This document shows, one piece after another, positions 34,802 to 43,992 of a stretch of 64,000 nucleotides of DNA. The stretch comes from Minisyncoccota bacterium (lineage in GTDB: Bacteria > Patescibacteriota > Minisyncoccia > Phycocordibacterales > DATDWN01). A program made the position numbers and the translations under genes. How positions within the stretch are numbered: position 1 is the first letter of the stretch; the number at the start of each line of letters is the position of its first letter. The notes below the pieces were generated by a model that searched no databases, had not been told where the DNA came from, and worked only from the letters and a program-made list of their open reading frames with translations. Location of the stretch: the NCBI GenBank assembly GCA_041658985.1, contig JBAZZC010000002.1, positions 17,120 through 81,119 on the forward strand. The letters are read 5' to 3'.

Positions 34802-35200
34802 ATGGAAAAAAATTTAGAAAAATATATAGAGGCAGTAGGAAGGAGAAAAACTTCTGTTTCTCGTGTTCGTATTACACCAGCTTCCAAAATAACATTTTTA
34901 GTTAATGATAAAGAATTAGAAAAATATTTTTCAACAAAAGAGATGCAGGCTATTGTTAAACAGCCACTTGTAGATGTAAAGGAAAAATTTAAAATTACTG
35001 CAAAAATAAAGGGTGGGGGAATACATTCACAAGCGGAAAGTTTGAGACATGGAATTGCTCGGGCTCTTGTAAAAAATGACTTAGAACTTAGAAAAGGACT
35101 AAAAAAAGCTGGATTTTTAAAGCGAGACCCTCGTTCAAAAGAAAGACGAAAATTCGGATTGAAGAAAGCAAGAAAAGCCCCTCAATGGTCTAAGCGTTAA
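34802..35200 (+). CDS. rpsI: Ribosomal protein S9.
   Basis: ...GGGIHSQAESLRHGIARAL....RDPRSKERRKFGLKKARKAPQWSKR. Confidence 0.9.
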   Translation: MEKNLEKYIEAVGRRKTSVSRVRITPASKITFLVNDKELEKYFSTKEMQAIVKQPLVDVKEKFKITAKIKGGGIHSQAESLRHGIARALVKNDLELRKGLKKAGFLKRDPRSKERRKFGLKKARKAPQWSKR

Positions 35201-35395
35201 TATTAGATATACTCAATATATTGAACTTTTGTGTATACGCGTTAGCTTTTCGCAGTCCCGTACTGAGCTTTGCTCTAGTACTGGGACAAGCAAGGCTCCT
35301 CAGTGGTCAAAACGTTAGTTTTCTTTTTCACAAAATCTCTTTCTCGTCATATCTTTTGAGAGACCGCTCATCCGCCCCTGCCGGCGGATTTGCTT

Positions 35396-35476
35396 AATCC
35401 TCGGCCATGACTTGTCAAGAGCCTTCGCTTCACTCAGGTCTATGACAAGACCATGCTCATGGCCTGCGGAGTCTCC
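35396..35476 (+). repeat. Conserved ~85-nt stem-loop element, copy 2 (outer stem ggccatga/tcatggcc; inner stem CTTGTCA/TGACAAG).
   Basis: Aligns with the copies at 20091 and 39691. Confidence 0.65.
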
Positions 35477-35506
35477 CAAAAGATACGACTTCGACGAGAT
35501 TTTGTT

Positions 35507-35528
35507 TTGCTACGATATATCGTAGCAA
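35507..35528. repeat. 22-bp perfect palindrome TTGCTACGATAT|ATCGTAGCAA.
   Basis: Read directly. Confidence 0.7.
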
Positions 35529-35587
35529 ATTAAGAAGTCTGTAGTTAAGCATGTAATTACTTATATCATATGTCATAACCGATATAT

Positions 35588-35615
35588 AATTTGGTACAAT
35601 ATATTGTACCAAATT
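35588..35615. repeat. 28-bp perfect palindrome AATTTGGTACAATA|TATTGTACCAAATT; a second copy lies at 36116-36143.
   Basis: Read directly; central ATAT. Confidence 0.75.
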
Positions 35616-35642
35616 AACAATAAGGTTAAGATAATTTAGAAT

Positions 35643-35673
35643 AGGAAAACCGCCAGTCGTGCTGGGCTGGCGG
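35643..35673 (-). terminator. Minus-strand intrinsic terminator CCGCCAG-cccagcacga-CUGGCGG followed by UUUUCC, serving the small ORF 35704..35955.
   Basis: 7-bp GC stem plus a T-run on the minus strand; near-identical copy at 36172-36204. Confidence 0.6.
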
Positions 35674-35703
35674 AATTCCGCACAGCGCCACGATGGCGGT
35701 GTG

Positions 35704-35955
35704 TTACTGTTCAAAAACAATTGAACCGTTGCCCCATTCCATTCTTGACCAGCCTGCGGCCAAGTAACGAGAGGTTAGCTTACGCTCCATCTCTGCACCT
35801 GGCCTCTTACGCTGGAATGTTAGGGCGATTGTTCTGTCGTGAGCGAAATCATTTCGGGCTACCCTAAGAGCCTCGTCAATGATACGTTCCCAACCCAGCT
35901 CCTCTAAGAGTTGGCTTGGTAGAGTGGAAAATAGTCGACTTGGGCCTACTGCCAT
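35704..35955 (-). CDS. GC-rich small protein, cassette II copy 1 (83 aa; C-terminal ...YLAAGWSRMEWGNGSIVFEQ).
   Basis: SD AGGAAAGAAGGTG then ATG; about 55% GC; own terminator; paralog at 36235..36474. Confidence 0.45.
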   Translation of the reverse strand: MAVGPSRLFSTLPSQLLEELGWERIIDEALRVARNDFAHDRTIALTFQRKRPGAEMERKLTSRYLAAGWSRMEWGNGSIVFEQ

Positions 35956-36115
35956 TACACACCTTCTTTCCTCATATAAAATATCATTTTCAAATCCATT
36001 GTCAACTAATTTTGAGTATTTAAAATTTCATATTAAACCATATTTCAATCTATGTTATAGCATAGATTATACAATCTACCACATTATAAGTAGTGAATTT
36101 AATTTAGTTGGATAT

Positions 36116-36143
36116 AATTTGGTACAGTATATTGTACCAAATT
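36116..36143. repeat. Second copy of the 28-bp palindrome (AATTTGGTACAGTATATTGTACCAAATT, 1 mismatch).
   Basis: Read directly. Confidence 0.75.
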
Positions 36144-36171
36144 GAAATCATATATAAATAATTTTGGCATA

Positions 36172-36204
36172 GGAAAAACCGCCAGTCGTGCTGGGCTGGC
36201 GGAA
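36172..36204 (-). terminator. Minus-strand intrinsic terminator, duplicate of the one at 35643-35673.
   Basis: Same CCGCCAG...CUGGCGG stem plus T-run. Confidence 0.6.
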
Positions 36205-36234
36205 TTCCGCACAGCGCCACGATGGCGGTTGTTG

Positions 36235-36474
36235 TCACTTGCTGAAGATGAGAGTTCCGTGATGACGGGTGACATTTGACCAACCCGTCGCTCTGTAACG
36301 GCGAATCAGTTCAGTGGTCACTCTTTGAGACGTGATCTGTCCCACGTGAACCTCGTACTGCTTGTTGTTCAAACCAAAACTGAGCATAAGTGCCCTGTCG
36401 ATCTCAGCCTCGATTTGATTGACTTCGAGCGTTTCCTCGGACGTCAATTCAAGATCCTTCGGTCCCAGTGCCAT
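36235..36474 (-). CDS. GC-rich small protein, cassette II copy 2 (79 aa; C-terminal ...RRYRATGWSNVTRHHGTLIFSK).
   Basis: TTGTTATAAT -10 box and AAGAAGGAGGTG SD before the ATG. Shares its C-terminal GW...(I/L)(V/I)F motif with the 35704 paralog. Confidence 0.45.
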   Translation of the reverse strand: MALGPKDLELTSEETLEVNQIEAEIDRALMLSFGLNNKQYEVHVGQITSQRVTTELIRRYRATGWSNVTRHHGTLIFSK

Positions 36475-36660
36475 GTGGCACCTCCTTCTTGTTGAATTAT
36501 AACATAGTTAGATTGTCTCGTCAAATAGTTTTGAAACTTCAAAAATTTATGTTAAAATAGCGTTATTATTTGAGTTTTGTTTGAAAATTTAGTAATTGGT
36601 TATTGTTTAGAAATTAGGTCAATTAGAAATTAGAAATTTGACTCTAAAATAAAGTAAAAC

Positions 36661-37257
36661 ATGGATACTAATGATGATAATGACAAAAAAATAGACCCCG
36701 AAGTAGAAATAGATACCGACCCTGGGGATGATGTGGTGTTTGAGGATAACACAGAAGTCACAGGGGCAGATTACAAGGCCAAAACAGACAAACTTCGTGC
36801 AAAAATAAAGGAATTAGAGAAGAAGAACGCAGAACTTTTGGATGGTTGGCAGAGAGATAAGGCAGATTTCATTAACGCCAGAAAAAGAGATGAGGAGCAG
36901 AAAATGGAGTTTTTGAAGTTCTCAAAAGCAGATATTATTGCTGAACTTCTTGCAGTTTTGGATTCATTTGAATCAGCTTTCAAAAATAAAGAGGCCTGGG
37001 AAAAAGCAGATAAAAACTGGAGAATGGGGGTTGAATACATTCACACACAGCTTATGAATATAATGACCCAAAACGGTTTAGCTGTTATAAATCCGATTGG
37101 AGAAAGGTACGACCACAACAGAGATGAGGCAGTAGAAACGGTAAAAGTTGACGACGAAAAAGATAATGATAAAATATTGGATGTGGTGCGAGTCGGATAT
37201 GAATTACACGGGAAAGAAATACGTGCACCAAAAGTTCGTGTTGGGCATTATTCGTAG
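36661..37257 (+). CDS. grpE: Nucleotide exchange factor GrpE.
   Basis: Coiled-coil N-terminus then ADFINARKR...AELLAVLDSFE...VGY.L.G.EIRAPKV. Confidence 0.85.
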   Translation: MDTNDDNDKKIDPEVEIDTDPGDDVVFEDNTEVTGADYKAKTDKLRAKIKELEKKNAELLDGWQRDKADFINARKRDEEQKMEFLKFSKADIIAELLAVLDSFESAFKNKEAWEKADKNWRMGVEYIHTQLMNIMTQNGLAVINPIGERYDHNRDEAVETVKVDDEKDNDKILDVVRVGYELHGKEIRAPKVRVGHYS

Positions 37258-37300
37258 CCATTCGTAGATTCGCATAATTTGTATATTTGTATCATATAAA

Positions 37301-37600
37301 ATGAACCAACTAACTAAGCCAATAGGTGAATATGTTGAAAGAATAGTCCGAGATAAGAACGGACAGCTGGTTCGTGCTACATTTTGCGTGTATGAGTGCG
37401 ACGGCCACATAAAAGCTCGCCTCATAAATGCTGAAATAATAAATGAATATTTACAAAAAACCGAGATACTAAAACTTGGCGGTTTAACCGCCAAATGGGT
37501 AAGGAACTATGTTGAATATGTTGGAGCAACAATTTCTCCATACTTTAGTTTAAATACATTATACTTCTCTGGCTCTAAGCCACGTGCACCTACAATTTAA
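37301..37600 (+). CDS. Hypothetical 99-aa protein inserted between grpE and dnaK, flanked by ATTCGTA heptamer repeats.
   Basis: ORF only; no recognised motif. Confidence 0.35.
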   Translation: MNQLTKPIGEYVERIVRDKNGQLVRATFCVYECDGHIKARLINAEIINEYLQKTEILKLGGLTAKWVRNYVEYVGATISPYFSLNTLYFSGSKPRAPTI

Positions 37601-37736
37601 GATACGAATGTAAAATTCAGGGTAATTGGCGAATGTCAACGAAAAATAATTAGTACAAATTCGTATACATTCGTAACTACCCCGATTTATTTTTCGTATC
37701 TTTTATATCTCATTATTTATTAATCTTATTAAATTT

Positions 37737-39635
37737 ATGTCTAAAACAATTGGAATAGACCTAGGAACAACGAACTCCGCCGTCGCCATTATGGAGGCGG
37801 GGAATCCCAAAATATTAGAAAATGCCGAAGGTGCTAGAACAACGCCATCTATTATTGCCATATCAAAAACTGGTGAAAGATTGGTTGGGCTTTTGGCAAA
37901 AAGACAGGCCGTAACAAACCCAAAGAACACAATCTTTGGAATCAAGAGATTTATTGGTCACACCTTTGACGACGAGGGTGTTCAGAAAGATAAGGCTGTT
38001 GTGCCCTTTGAGGTTCTTAAATCGGGAACAGGTGGAGTGAAAGTAAAAATGGCAGATAAAGAATACACGCCAGAGGAAATATCAGCCATGATTCTTTCAA
38101 AGATAAAAGCTGATGTTGAAGCAAAAATCGGCGAGAAGGTTTCTGATGCAATTATTACAGTGCCCGCATACTTTAACGATTCACAAAGACAAGCCACAAA
38201 AGACGCGGGAGCTATTGCTGGTTTGAATGTTTTGAGAATTATAAACGAACCTACGGCCGCAGCATTGGCTTATGGTTTTGACAAAGGCAAAAAAGAAGAA
38301 AAAATAGTTGTCTTTGATTTTGGTGGGGGAACATTTGATGTTTCCGTGCTTGAGGTGGGAGATGCTGTTGTAGAAGTGAAATCAACAGATGGAGATTCTC
38401 ACATGGGAGGTAAAGATATTGACCAAAAAATAATTAACTTTTTGGCTGATGAATTCAAAAAAGAGTCTGGTATTGATTTGAGAACAGATACTCTTGCACT
38501 TCAGAGACTTGATGAGGCAGCAGAAAAAGCGAAGATTGAACTTTCTACTGCAATGGAATCGGAAATAAATATTCCATTTATCACATCAGATAGCTCTGGT
38601 CCAAAACACTTACTTATTAAATTAAGTAGAGCAAAACTTGAGGAGCTAACTACCGAATTCATAGACAGGGCAATGTCTATTACAAAAAGAGCCATGGAGG
38701 CTTCTGGATTTGCAATATCTGACATTCATGAAGTTATCCTTGTCGGTGGTCAAACTCGTATGCCAAAAATGGCTGACAAAGTTAAGGAGTACTTTGGTAA
38801 GGAACCTAATAAGTCAATTAACCCAGACGAAGTTGTGGCTCTCGGAGCGGCTATACAGGGGGGTATTATGTCAGGGGACGTGAAAGATGTCCTACTTCTT
38901 GATGTTATACCGCTCTCGCTTGGTATAGAGACAATGGGAGGTGTTAGTACGAAGCTTGTGGAAAGAAATACAACCATTCCAGCCTCTAGGTCACAGGTTT
39001 TTTCAACCGCAGCCGATAATCAAACATCTGTGGAGATTCATATTGTCCAAGGTGAAAGAGCCATGGCAAATGATAACAAGTCTCTGGGGCGGTTCATTCT
39101 AGACGGGATTCCACCAGCACCACGAGGCATGCCACAAATTGAGGTTTTGTTTGATGTGGACGCAAATGGTATCTTGTCAGTTAAGGCAAAAGACAAAGCT
39201 ACAAGCAAGGAGCAATCAATTCGCATTGAAGCTCGTTCAGGTCTCTCAAAAGAAGATATTGAAAAAATGCAAAAGGATGCCGAGGCTCATGCGTCTGACG
39301 ACTTGAAGAAAAAAGATTTGGTTGAAGCGAAAAATATAGGTGAGCAACTTATTTACACAGCCGAGAAATCACTTCGTGATGCTGGTGACAAAGTTCCTAC
39401 AGAGTTACGAGCCTCAATTGAAAATAAAATTACAGATTTAAAGAAAGCAAATGGAGGTGAGGATATGGAGCAAATCAAAAAAACTACAACCGAGCTTTCT
39501 ACAGAGCTTTCTAAAGTAGGGGAGATAATAAACAAAGCAGCTCAAGAAGCAAATAAAACAGCTGAGGCGGGAGCTACGACAGCAGGGGAGGAGAAAGTTA
39601 GGGATGCGGATTTTGAGGAGAAGAAGGCGGAATAG
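37737..39635 (+). CDS. dnaK: Chaperone DnaK (Hsp70).
   Basis: [13 protein letters not shown]..., [10 protein letters not shown], 632 aa. Confidence 0.95.
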   Translation: MSKTIGIDLGTTNSAVAIMEAGNPKILENAEGARTTPSIIAISKTGERLVGLLAKRQAVTNPKNTIFGIKRFIGHTFDDEGVQKDKAVVPFEVLKSGTGGVKVKMADKEYTPEEISAMILSKIKADVEAKIGEKVSDAIITVPAYFNDSQRQATKDAGAIAGLNVLRIINEPTAAALAYGFDKGKKEEKIVVFDFGGGTFDVSVLEVGDAVVEVKSTDGDSHMGGKDIDQKIINFLADEFKKESGIDLRTDTLALQRLDEAAEKAKIELSTAMESEINIPFITSDSSGPKHLLIKLSRAKLEELTTEFIDRAMSITKRAMEASGFAISDIHEVILVGGQTRMPKMADKVKEYFGKEPNKSINPDEVVALGAAIQGGIMSGDVKDVLLLDVIPLSLGIETMGGVSTKLVERNTTIPASRSQVFSTAADNQTSVEIHIVQGERAMANDNKSLGRFILDGIPPAPRGMPQIEVLFDVDANGILSVKAKDKATSKEQSIRIEARSGLSKEDIEKMQKDAEAHASDDLKKKDLVEAKNIGEQLIYTAEKSLRDAGDKVPTELRASIENKITDLKKANGGEDMEQIKKTTTELSTELSKVGEIINKAAQEANKTAEAGATTAGEEKVRDADFEEKKAE

Positions 39636-39690
39636 TTTTTAAATAATAACTCCTCAAAAACACTCGGCTTCTTCCTGCGGAAGCCTCGTT

Positions 39691-39775
39691 CAGTCCTCGA
39701 CCCCTCGTTGTCAAGAGCCTTCACTTCGTTCAGGTCTATGACAACACCAAGCTCGGGGTCTGCGGATGTTTCTCG
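39691..39775 (+). repeat. Conserved ~85-nt stem-loop element, copy 3 (outer stem gacccc/ggggtc; inner stem GTTGTCA/TGACAAC).
   Basis: Aligns with the copies at 20091 and 35396. Confidence 0.65.
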
Positions 39776-39825
39776 GGGGTATTATTCTAAAAACTATTTT
39801 AGAGAGTGAGAAATGATAAATACGC

Positions 39826-39870
39826 AAAAACCCACCAACGAAAGTAGACTAGTGCGTCCGATCCCAGATG
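39826..39870 (-). terminator. Minus-strand terminator (degenerate copy of the CCCACCAAC...GUUGGUGGG UUUUUGCG hairpin).
   Basis: One of three near-identical about 45-nt sequences (39826, 40113, 40462), each after a small minus-strand ORF. Confidence 0.5.
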
Positions 39871-39877
39871 ATGGGTG

Positions 39878-40048
39878 TTACAGATGTTTCTTTTGGAAGA
39901 GTGTCCAAGCCTCAACAAACTCCTGTTCAGTCAGGTGACTGTTCACCATTCTGAAGTTCGCCTTTATGCTTCGATTGATCTCTGACCAAATAAAGCGACA
40001 GACGATGGTTACTCCCATGAAAAATAGTCCGAGCATGAACCATTCCAC
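39878..40048 (-). CDS. Small single-TM protein, about 56 aa; cassette III copy a.
   Basis: AGGAGG SD about 6 nt before a GTG start; hydrophobic N-terminus; own terminator. Confidence 0.35.
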   Translation of the reverse strand: MEWFMLGLFFMGVTIVCRFIWSEINRSIKANFRMVNSHLTEQEFVEAWTLFQKKHL

Positions 40049-40112
40049 GATATTACCTCCTCTTAGGATAATAAAATATATTGATAATATAGCCAAGTGC
40101 AATAATTAAAAA

Positions 40113-40165
40113 AACGCAAAAACCCACCAACGAAAGTGGACTAGTGCGTCCAGTGCTGGTGGGGC
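40113..40165 (-). terminator. Minus-strand intrinsic terminator CCCCACCAGC...GUUGGUGGG followed by UUUUUGCG.
   Basis: 9-bp stem (1 G:U) plus T5. Confidence 0.65.
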
Positions 40166-40169
40166 AGTT

Positions 40170-40409
40170 TCAGGACTTGGGAAGATTGCGGATGTTGCAG
40201 GTTGTATATCCCATCACAATCTCAGCCTTGTACAGGTCATCTCGCTTTTTGAGTTGCCAGATCTTTGCTCCCAAATGGATCCACCCAAGATCGAATAGAT
40301 GTTTCTCAGCGCTGACGATACTCCTGAGACGCCCGCAATCACGAAGGTGAACGAAAATGAGACCATTGTACCTGCTTACTCGAATTGTCCAAAACCAATT
40401 ATGTGGCAT
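40170..40409 (-). CDS. GC-rich small protein, 79 aa; cassette III copy b (contains the FWTIRVS motif).
   Basis: ACCAGGAGGACAGTTCC then ATG; paralog of 40517..40792. Confidence 0.45.
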   Translation of the reverse strand: MPHNWFWTIRVSRYNGLIFVHLRDCGRLRSIVSAEKHLFDLGWIHLGAKIWQLKKRDDLYKAEIVMGYTTCNIRNLPKS

Positions 40410-40461
40410 GGAACTGTCCTCCTGGTACTGATAATACATTAGAAATAATGAATGTCAATTA

Positions 40462-40510
40462 CGCAAAAACCCACCAACGAAAGTGGACATTTGCGTCCGT
40501 GTTGGTGGGG
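40462..40510 (-). terminator. Minus-strand intrinsic terminator CCCCACCAAC-loop-GUUGGUGGG followed by UUUUUGCG.
   Basis: Perfect 9-10-bp stem plus T5. Confidence 0.7.
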
Positions 40511-40516
40511 TATGAT

Positions 40517-40792
40517 TCAAGCCACTTGCTTTGGGAGTTCAGAGATGTCGAGTTGATGTCGAACCTCGATAAGGATAGCACTATACACGATGCTACCGAT
40601 TTCGAGTCGCCACGGCCTCAGGACTGGTTTATTAGTGTACACACCATCAGCTTTCTGCCAGCCGTTGGTCTTTAGAAGATTTGTGGCTGAATCAAGATGG
40701 TTTTCGTCAAACAACCCGAAATCTCCATGTCGATAACGCAGACTACCCGTTATCATCGACACACGAATTGTGTAAAACTTCGTGGCTTTCAT
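40517..40792 (-). CDS. GC-rich small protein, 91 aa; cassette III copy c (contains the FYTIRVS motif).
   Basis: GGAGG SD 7 nt before the ATG. Aligns with the 40170 paralog at F.TIRVS....G....H..D.G and a GW motif. Confidence 0.45.
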   Translation of the reverse strand: MKATKFYTIRVSMITGSLRYRHGDFGLFDENHLDSATNLLKTNGWQKADGVYTNKPVLRPWRLEIGSIVYSAILIEVRHQLDISELPKQVA

Positions 40793-41008
40793 AGAATGGC
40801 CTCCAACTGGAAATCATATCAGATAATTGTTGAATGTCAAGTATACTTATCATAAAAAAATCATATAATAAGCACTACAATAGAACTTTCAGATTTAAGC
40901 CAAGATCAAGGCGGGATGAGAAAATGTGAGGAGCCTTACTTGTCGTAAGGTGACGAGAATTTTTGAAATTCCAACGCAGATATTGGCCAAATGTGGAAGT
41001 TATAACAT

Positions 41009-42095
41009 TATGGCAAAAGATTACTACCAAACATTAGGCATTGATAAAAAAGCCTCAAAAGACGAAATCAAAAAGGCCTTTAGGACTTTGGCGCACAAGT
41101 ATCATCCTGACAAAAAGACTGGAGATGATGCTAAATTCAAGGAAATCAACGAAGCCTACTCCATACTGTCAGATGATGGTAAAAGAGCTCAATATGACCA
41201 GTTTGGGAGCAATTTTGGTCAATCTGGAGCTGGGTATGGTGGACAGCAAGGAGCTGGTTTTGGTGACTTTGACTTCTCACAGTTTACCCAAGGCGGACCA
41301 GCCTCAGGCTGGGAGTTTGATTTTGGTGATTTATTTGGTAATGCCTTTGGAGGTACTCGTCGTAAGCAAGCCAAAAGGGGGCGAGATATTTCAATAGACA
41401 TTGAACTCTCATTTGAGGAATCGGTTTTTGGCGTGGAAAGAACAGTATTGTTAAATAAAGTTTCAAAATGTGATGTCTGCGAAGGAACTGGGGCAGAAAA
41501 GGGCAGTGAGATGATTAAATGTTCAACTTGTAATGGCAAGGGCCAGATAAGAGAAGTAAAGAGAACCTTCTTTGGACAGTTTGAAACAATGAGCACATGC
41601 GAAACTTGTCTGGGAGCAGGAAAAATTCCAAAAGCAAAATGTTCAGTTTGTCGTGGGCAGGGAATATTGAAAAAAGAAAGTGAAATCAAAGTAAAAATCC
41701 CAGCTGGAATTGACAGTGGGGAAATGATGCGCCTAACAGGCGCAGGTGAAGCTGTTTCTGGTGGCCAAACAGGGGACTTGTATATCAAAATTTATGTTAA
41801 AAAACATCCAACATTCAGAAAAGACGGACACAATCTCTTAATGGACCTAAATATTAAACTCACTGATGCACTTCTCGGCGGTGAGGAGACAATAAATACA
41901 TTAGACGGGGCTTTAAAAGTAAAAATACCGGAGGGAGTAACTCACGGAGAAACTTTACGAATAAAATCTAGAGGGGTTCCATATGACAGAGGTTATCGTG
42001 GAGATATTTTAATAAAACTCCATATCTCCATACCAAAAAAACTTTCCAAAGAAACAAGGCGTGTGATTGAATCTCTCAAAAAAGAAGGAATATAG
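41009..42095 (+). CDS. dnaJ: Chaperone DnaJ.
   Basis: MAKDYYQTLGIDKKASKDEIKKAFRTLAHKYHPD is the J domain. A G/F-rich region follows, then four CxxCxG zinc-finger repeats. Confidence 0.9.
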
Positions 42096-42144
42096 GCAGA
42101 GTTTTTAATTTTCAATTTTTAAACTGGGTGTTATAATATAAGAT

Positions 42145-43245
42145 ATGAAATCAAAAATATTTTTAGTTTTCACTCTAATTTTATTTCTAGTTGTTTTTAC
42201 GACAAATCTCAACGCTTCTACCACCATTAGTACAAATATAAATACAGGAGGTTCGCTGACAGTTAGTAGCACAGGTATTTTTGCTGGGAATGTTGGTATT
42301 GGCACAACCACTCCTGCAACTTCGCTTAGTATAGTCGCTACCCCATCAACGACTAGTTATGTAGATGGTATAGCCACAACTATTTATCCTGCTAATCTTT
42401 TAAGTATTACCGATACCACTGTTTCTGCTGTAAGGAATGCCGGTAGTCTTATTGATTATATCGCCAATCCTCCATCTAATCCTGGTGCTAAAAGATATTA
42501 TGGTCAGGAAGTTACATTATCAACACCCTCAAGCAATGAACAGAGTATGACGTCAGCTTCTTTGACAGGTATCTTTTTAAATGCTTATCATCAAGGTTCT
42601 GGGAGTATATCAAACGTAACTAGTCTTAATGGAACCGCAACTGTTTCTGGAAGTGGGAATGTGGTGGCTGTAAATGGACTTTCTGGAACCGCAACTGTTT
42701 CTGGAAGTGGGAATGTGACTTCTTCTGCAAATGGTCTTACTGGAACCGTAACTTTTACTGGAAACGGTACAAAAGTAACCGCAAGAGGAGTATTTGCTAC
42801 GTTAGTTAATACTGGCTCTGGCACAATAACAAATCTTATCGGAAATGATTTAACGGTAGTTAGTACTGGAGGAACGATAACTAACCTTTATGGTTTTAGG
42901 TTTGATCCTTTATCTAGCTCCTCAGGCACAATTAATAATACTTATGGTTTTTATGTGGGTGATATAACTTCAGGCACCCAAGCTAATACCCCATATTCCT
43001 TTTACGCCTCTGACGCTGGGGCATATAATTACTTTGCCGGCAATACTGGTATCGGGACAACTACCCCACAGACTAAACTTCATGTTTCCTCTGGTGCAAG
43101 TGCCACGACCACAGTAACTGTAGGAGAACTTGGACTGACTACTAGTAAGGCATGTGTTAATATGAATAGAGACGATGGAAATCCAGCAAGTTTCTTTATA
43201 AATGCTGCTGGAACCATAGTTGTTGAACTTAATTATTGTAGATAA
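42145..43245 (+). CDS. Secreted surface protein, family member 1 (signal/anchor, GNVGIGTTTP-type repeats, variable Gly/Ser/Thr-rich core, conserved C-terminal module ending NYCR).
   Basis: N- and C-terminal regions are near-identical at DNA level to 43993..45147. Confidence 0.6.
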   Translation: MKSKIFLVFTLILFLVVFTTNLNASTTISTNINTGGSLTVSSTGIFAGNVGIGTTTPATSLSIVATPSTTSYVDGIATTIYPANLLSITDTTVSAVRNAGSLIDYIANPPSNPGAKRYYGQEVTLSTPSSNEQSMTSASLTGIFLNAYHQGSGSISNVTSLNGTATVSGSGNVVAVNGLSGTATVSGSGNVTSSANGLTGTVTFTGNGTKVTARGVFATLVNTGSGTITNLIGNDLTVVSTGGTITNLYGFRFDPLSSSSGTINNTYGFYVGDITSGTQANTPYSFYASDAGAYNYFAGNTGIGTTTPQTKLHVSSGASATTTVTVGELGLTTSKACVNMNRDDGNPASFFINAAGTIVVELNYCR

Positions 43246-43271
43246 GTATTTATTTTAATCATTATATAGAT

Positions 43272-43976
43272 ATGAATAAAAATTTTTTCTTACTTAGTGT
43301 ATCATTTCTGTTTATCACTATTTTTATTTCCACAAGTCTTTATGCTTCAACCACCATCAGTACAGATATAAATACAGATGGAAATATCAGTATCGGGACA
43401 ACTACTCCATGGGCAATGTTTAGTGTGAATCCGAACGGAATTGGTAATGGTCCAGAGTTTGCAATCGGGTCATCAAGTGCAACGCACTTGGTAGTAACTA
43501 ATTCAGGCAACGTCGGCATCGGAGTGACGAGTCCATTGTCTAAGTTAAGTGTTGGTGGAGCAGGATTAGCCGGTGCAGCTATCTATGGCGGCGGTAACAC
43601 CTACGGTGTGGATGGTGTTGGTACAGCGTATGGTGGTCTCTTTACTGGTACTGCAGGTATTGGTGTATATGGCAGTGGTACTACATATGGTGTTTATGGT
43701 AATGGTGCTGGTTCTGGTGTCGGTGGATATTTTAGCTCTTTTTCTGGCTATGCCTTAATAACAAACAGTGGCAACGTCGGAGTTGGAACAACTACCCCCC
43801 AGACTAAACTTCATGTTTCCTCTGGTGCAAGTGCCACAACTACAGTAACTGTAGGAGAACTTGGACTGACTACTAGTAAGGCATGTGTTAATATGAATGC
43901 ATCAGATGGTTCGGCCGTCAGTTTTTATTTTAATGCAGCACATGCAATGGTAATTGAGTCAAATTACTGTCGTTAA
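43272..43976 (+). CDS. Secreted surface protein, family member 2 (short; shares the signal and C-terminal module).
   Basis: C-terminal ...GNVGVGTTTPQTKLHVSSGASATTTVTVGELGLTTSKACVNMN...NYCR. Confidence 0.55.
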   Translation: MNKNFFLLSVSFLFITIFISTSLYASTTISTDINTDGNISIGTTTPWAMFSVNPNGIGNGPEFAIGSSSATHLVVTNSGNVGIGVTSPLSKLSVGGAGLAGAAIYGGGNTYGVDGVGTAYGGLFTGTAGIGVYGSGTTYGVYGNGAGSGVGGYFSSFSGYALITNSGNVGVGTTTPQTKLHVSSGASATTTVTVGELGLTTSKACVNMNASDGSAVSFYFNAAHAMVIESNYCR

Positions 43977-43992
43977 TTTTATATTAATAAAC

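Noticed and set aside
35588-36143. Integron attC sites and CRISPR repeats as explanations for the palindromes and tandem units.
   Set aside because: The palindromes are perfect (attC sites are imperfect, with extrahelical bases and the GTTRRRY core). There is no intI-like tyrosine recombinase. Repeats are not regularly spaced with unique spacers and there are no cas genes, so this is not CRISPR.
41219-41788. Long antisense ORFs inside dnaJ (41219..41788 -; 41041..41397 +), inside rpoA (33185..33547 -), inside dnaK (several) and inside the surface-protein genes.
   Set aside because: They overlap well-supported genes on the other strand or frame, have no start context, and have low-complexity translations.
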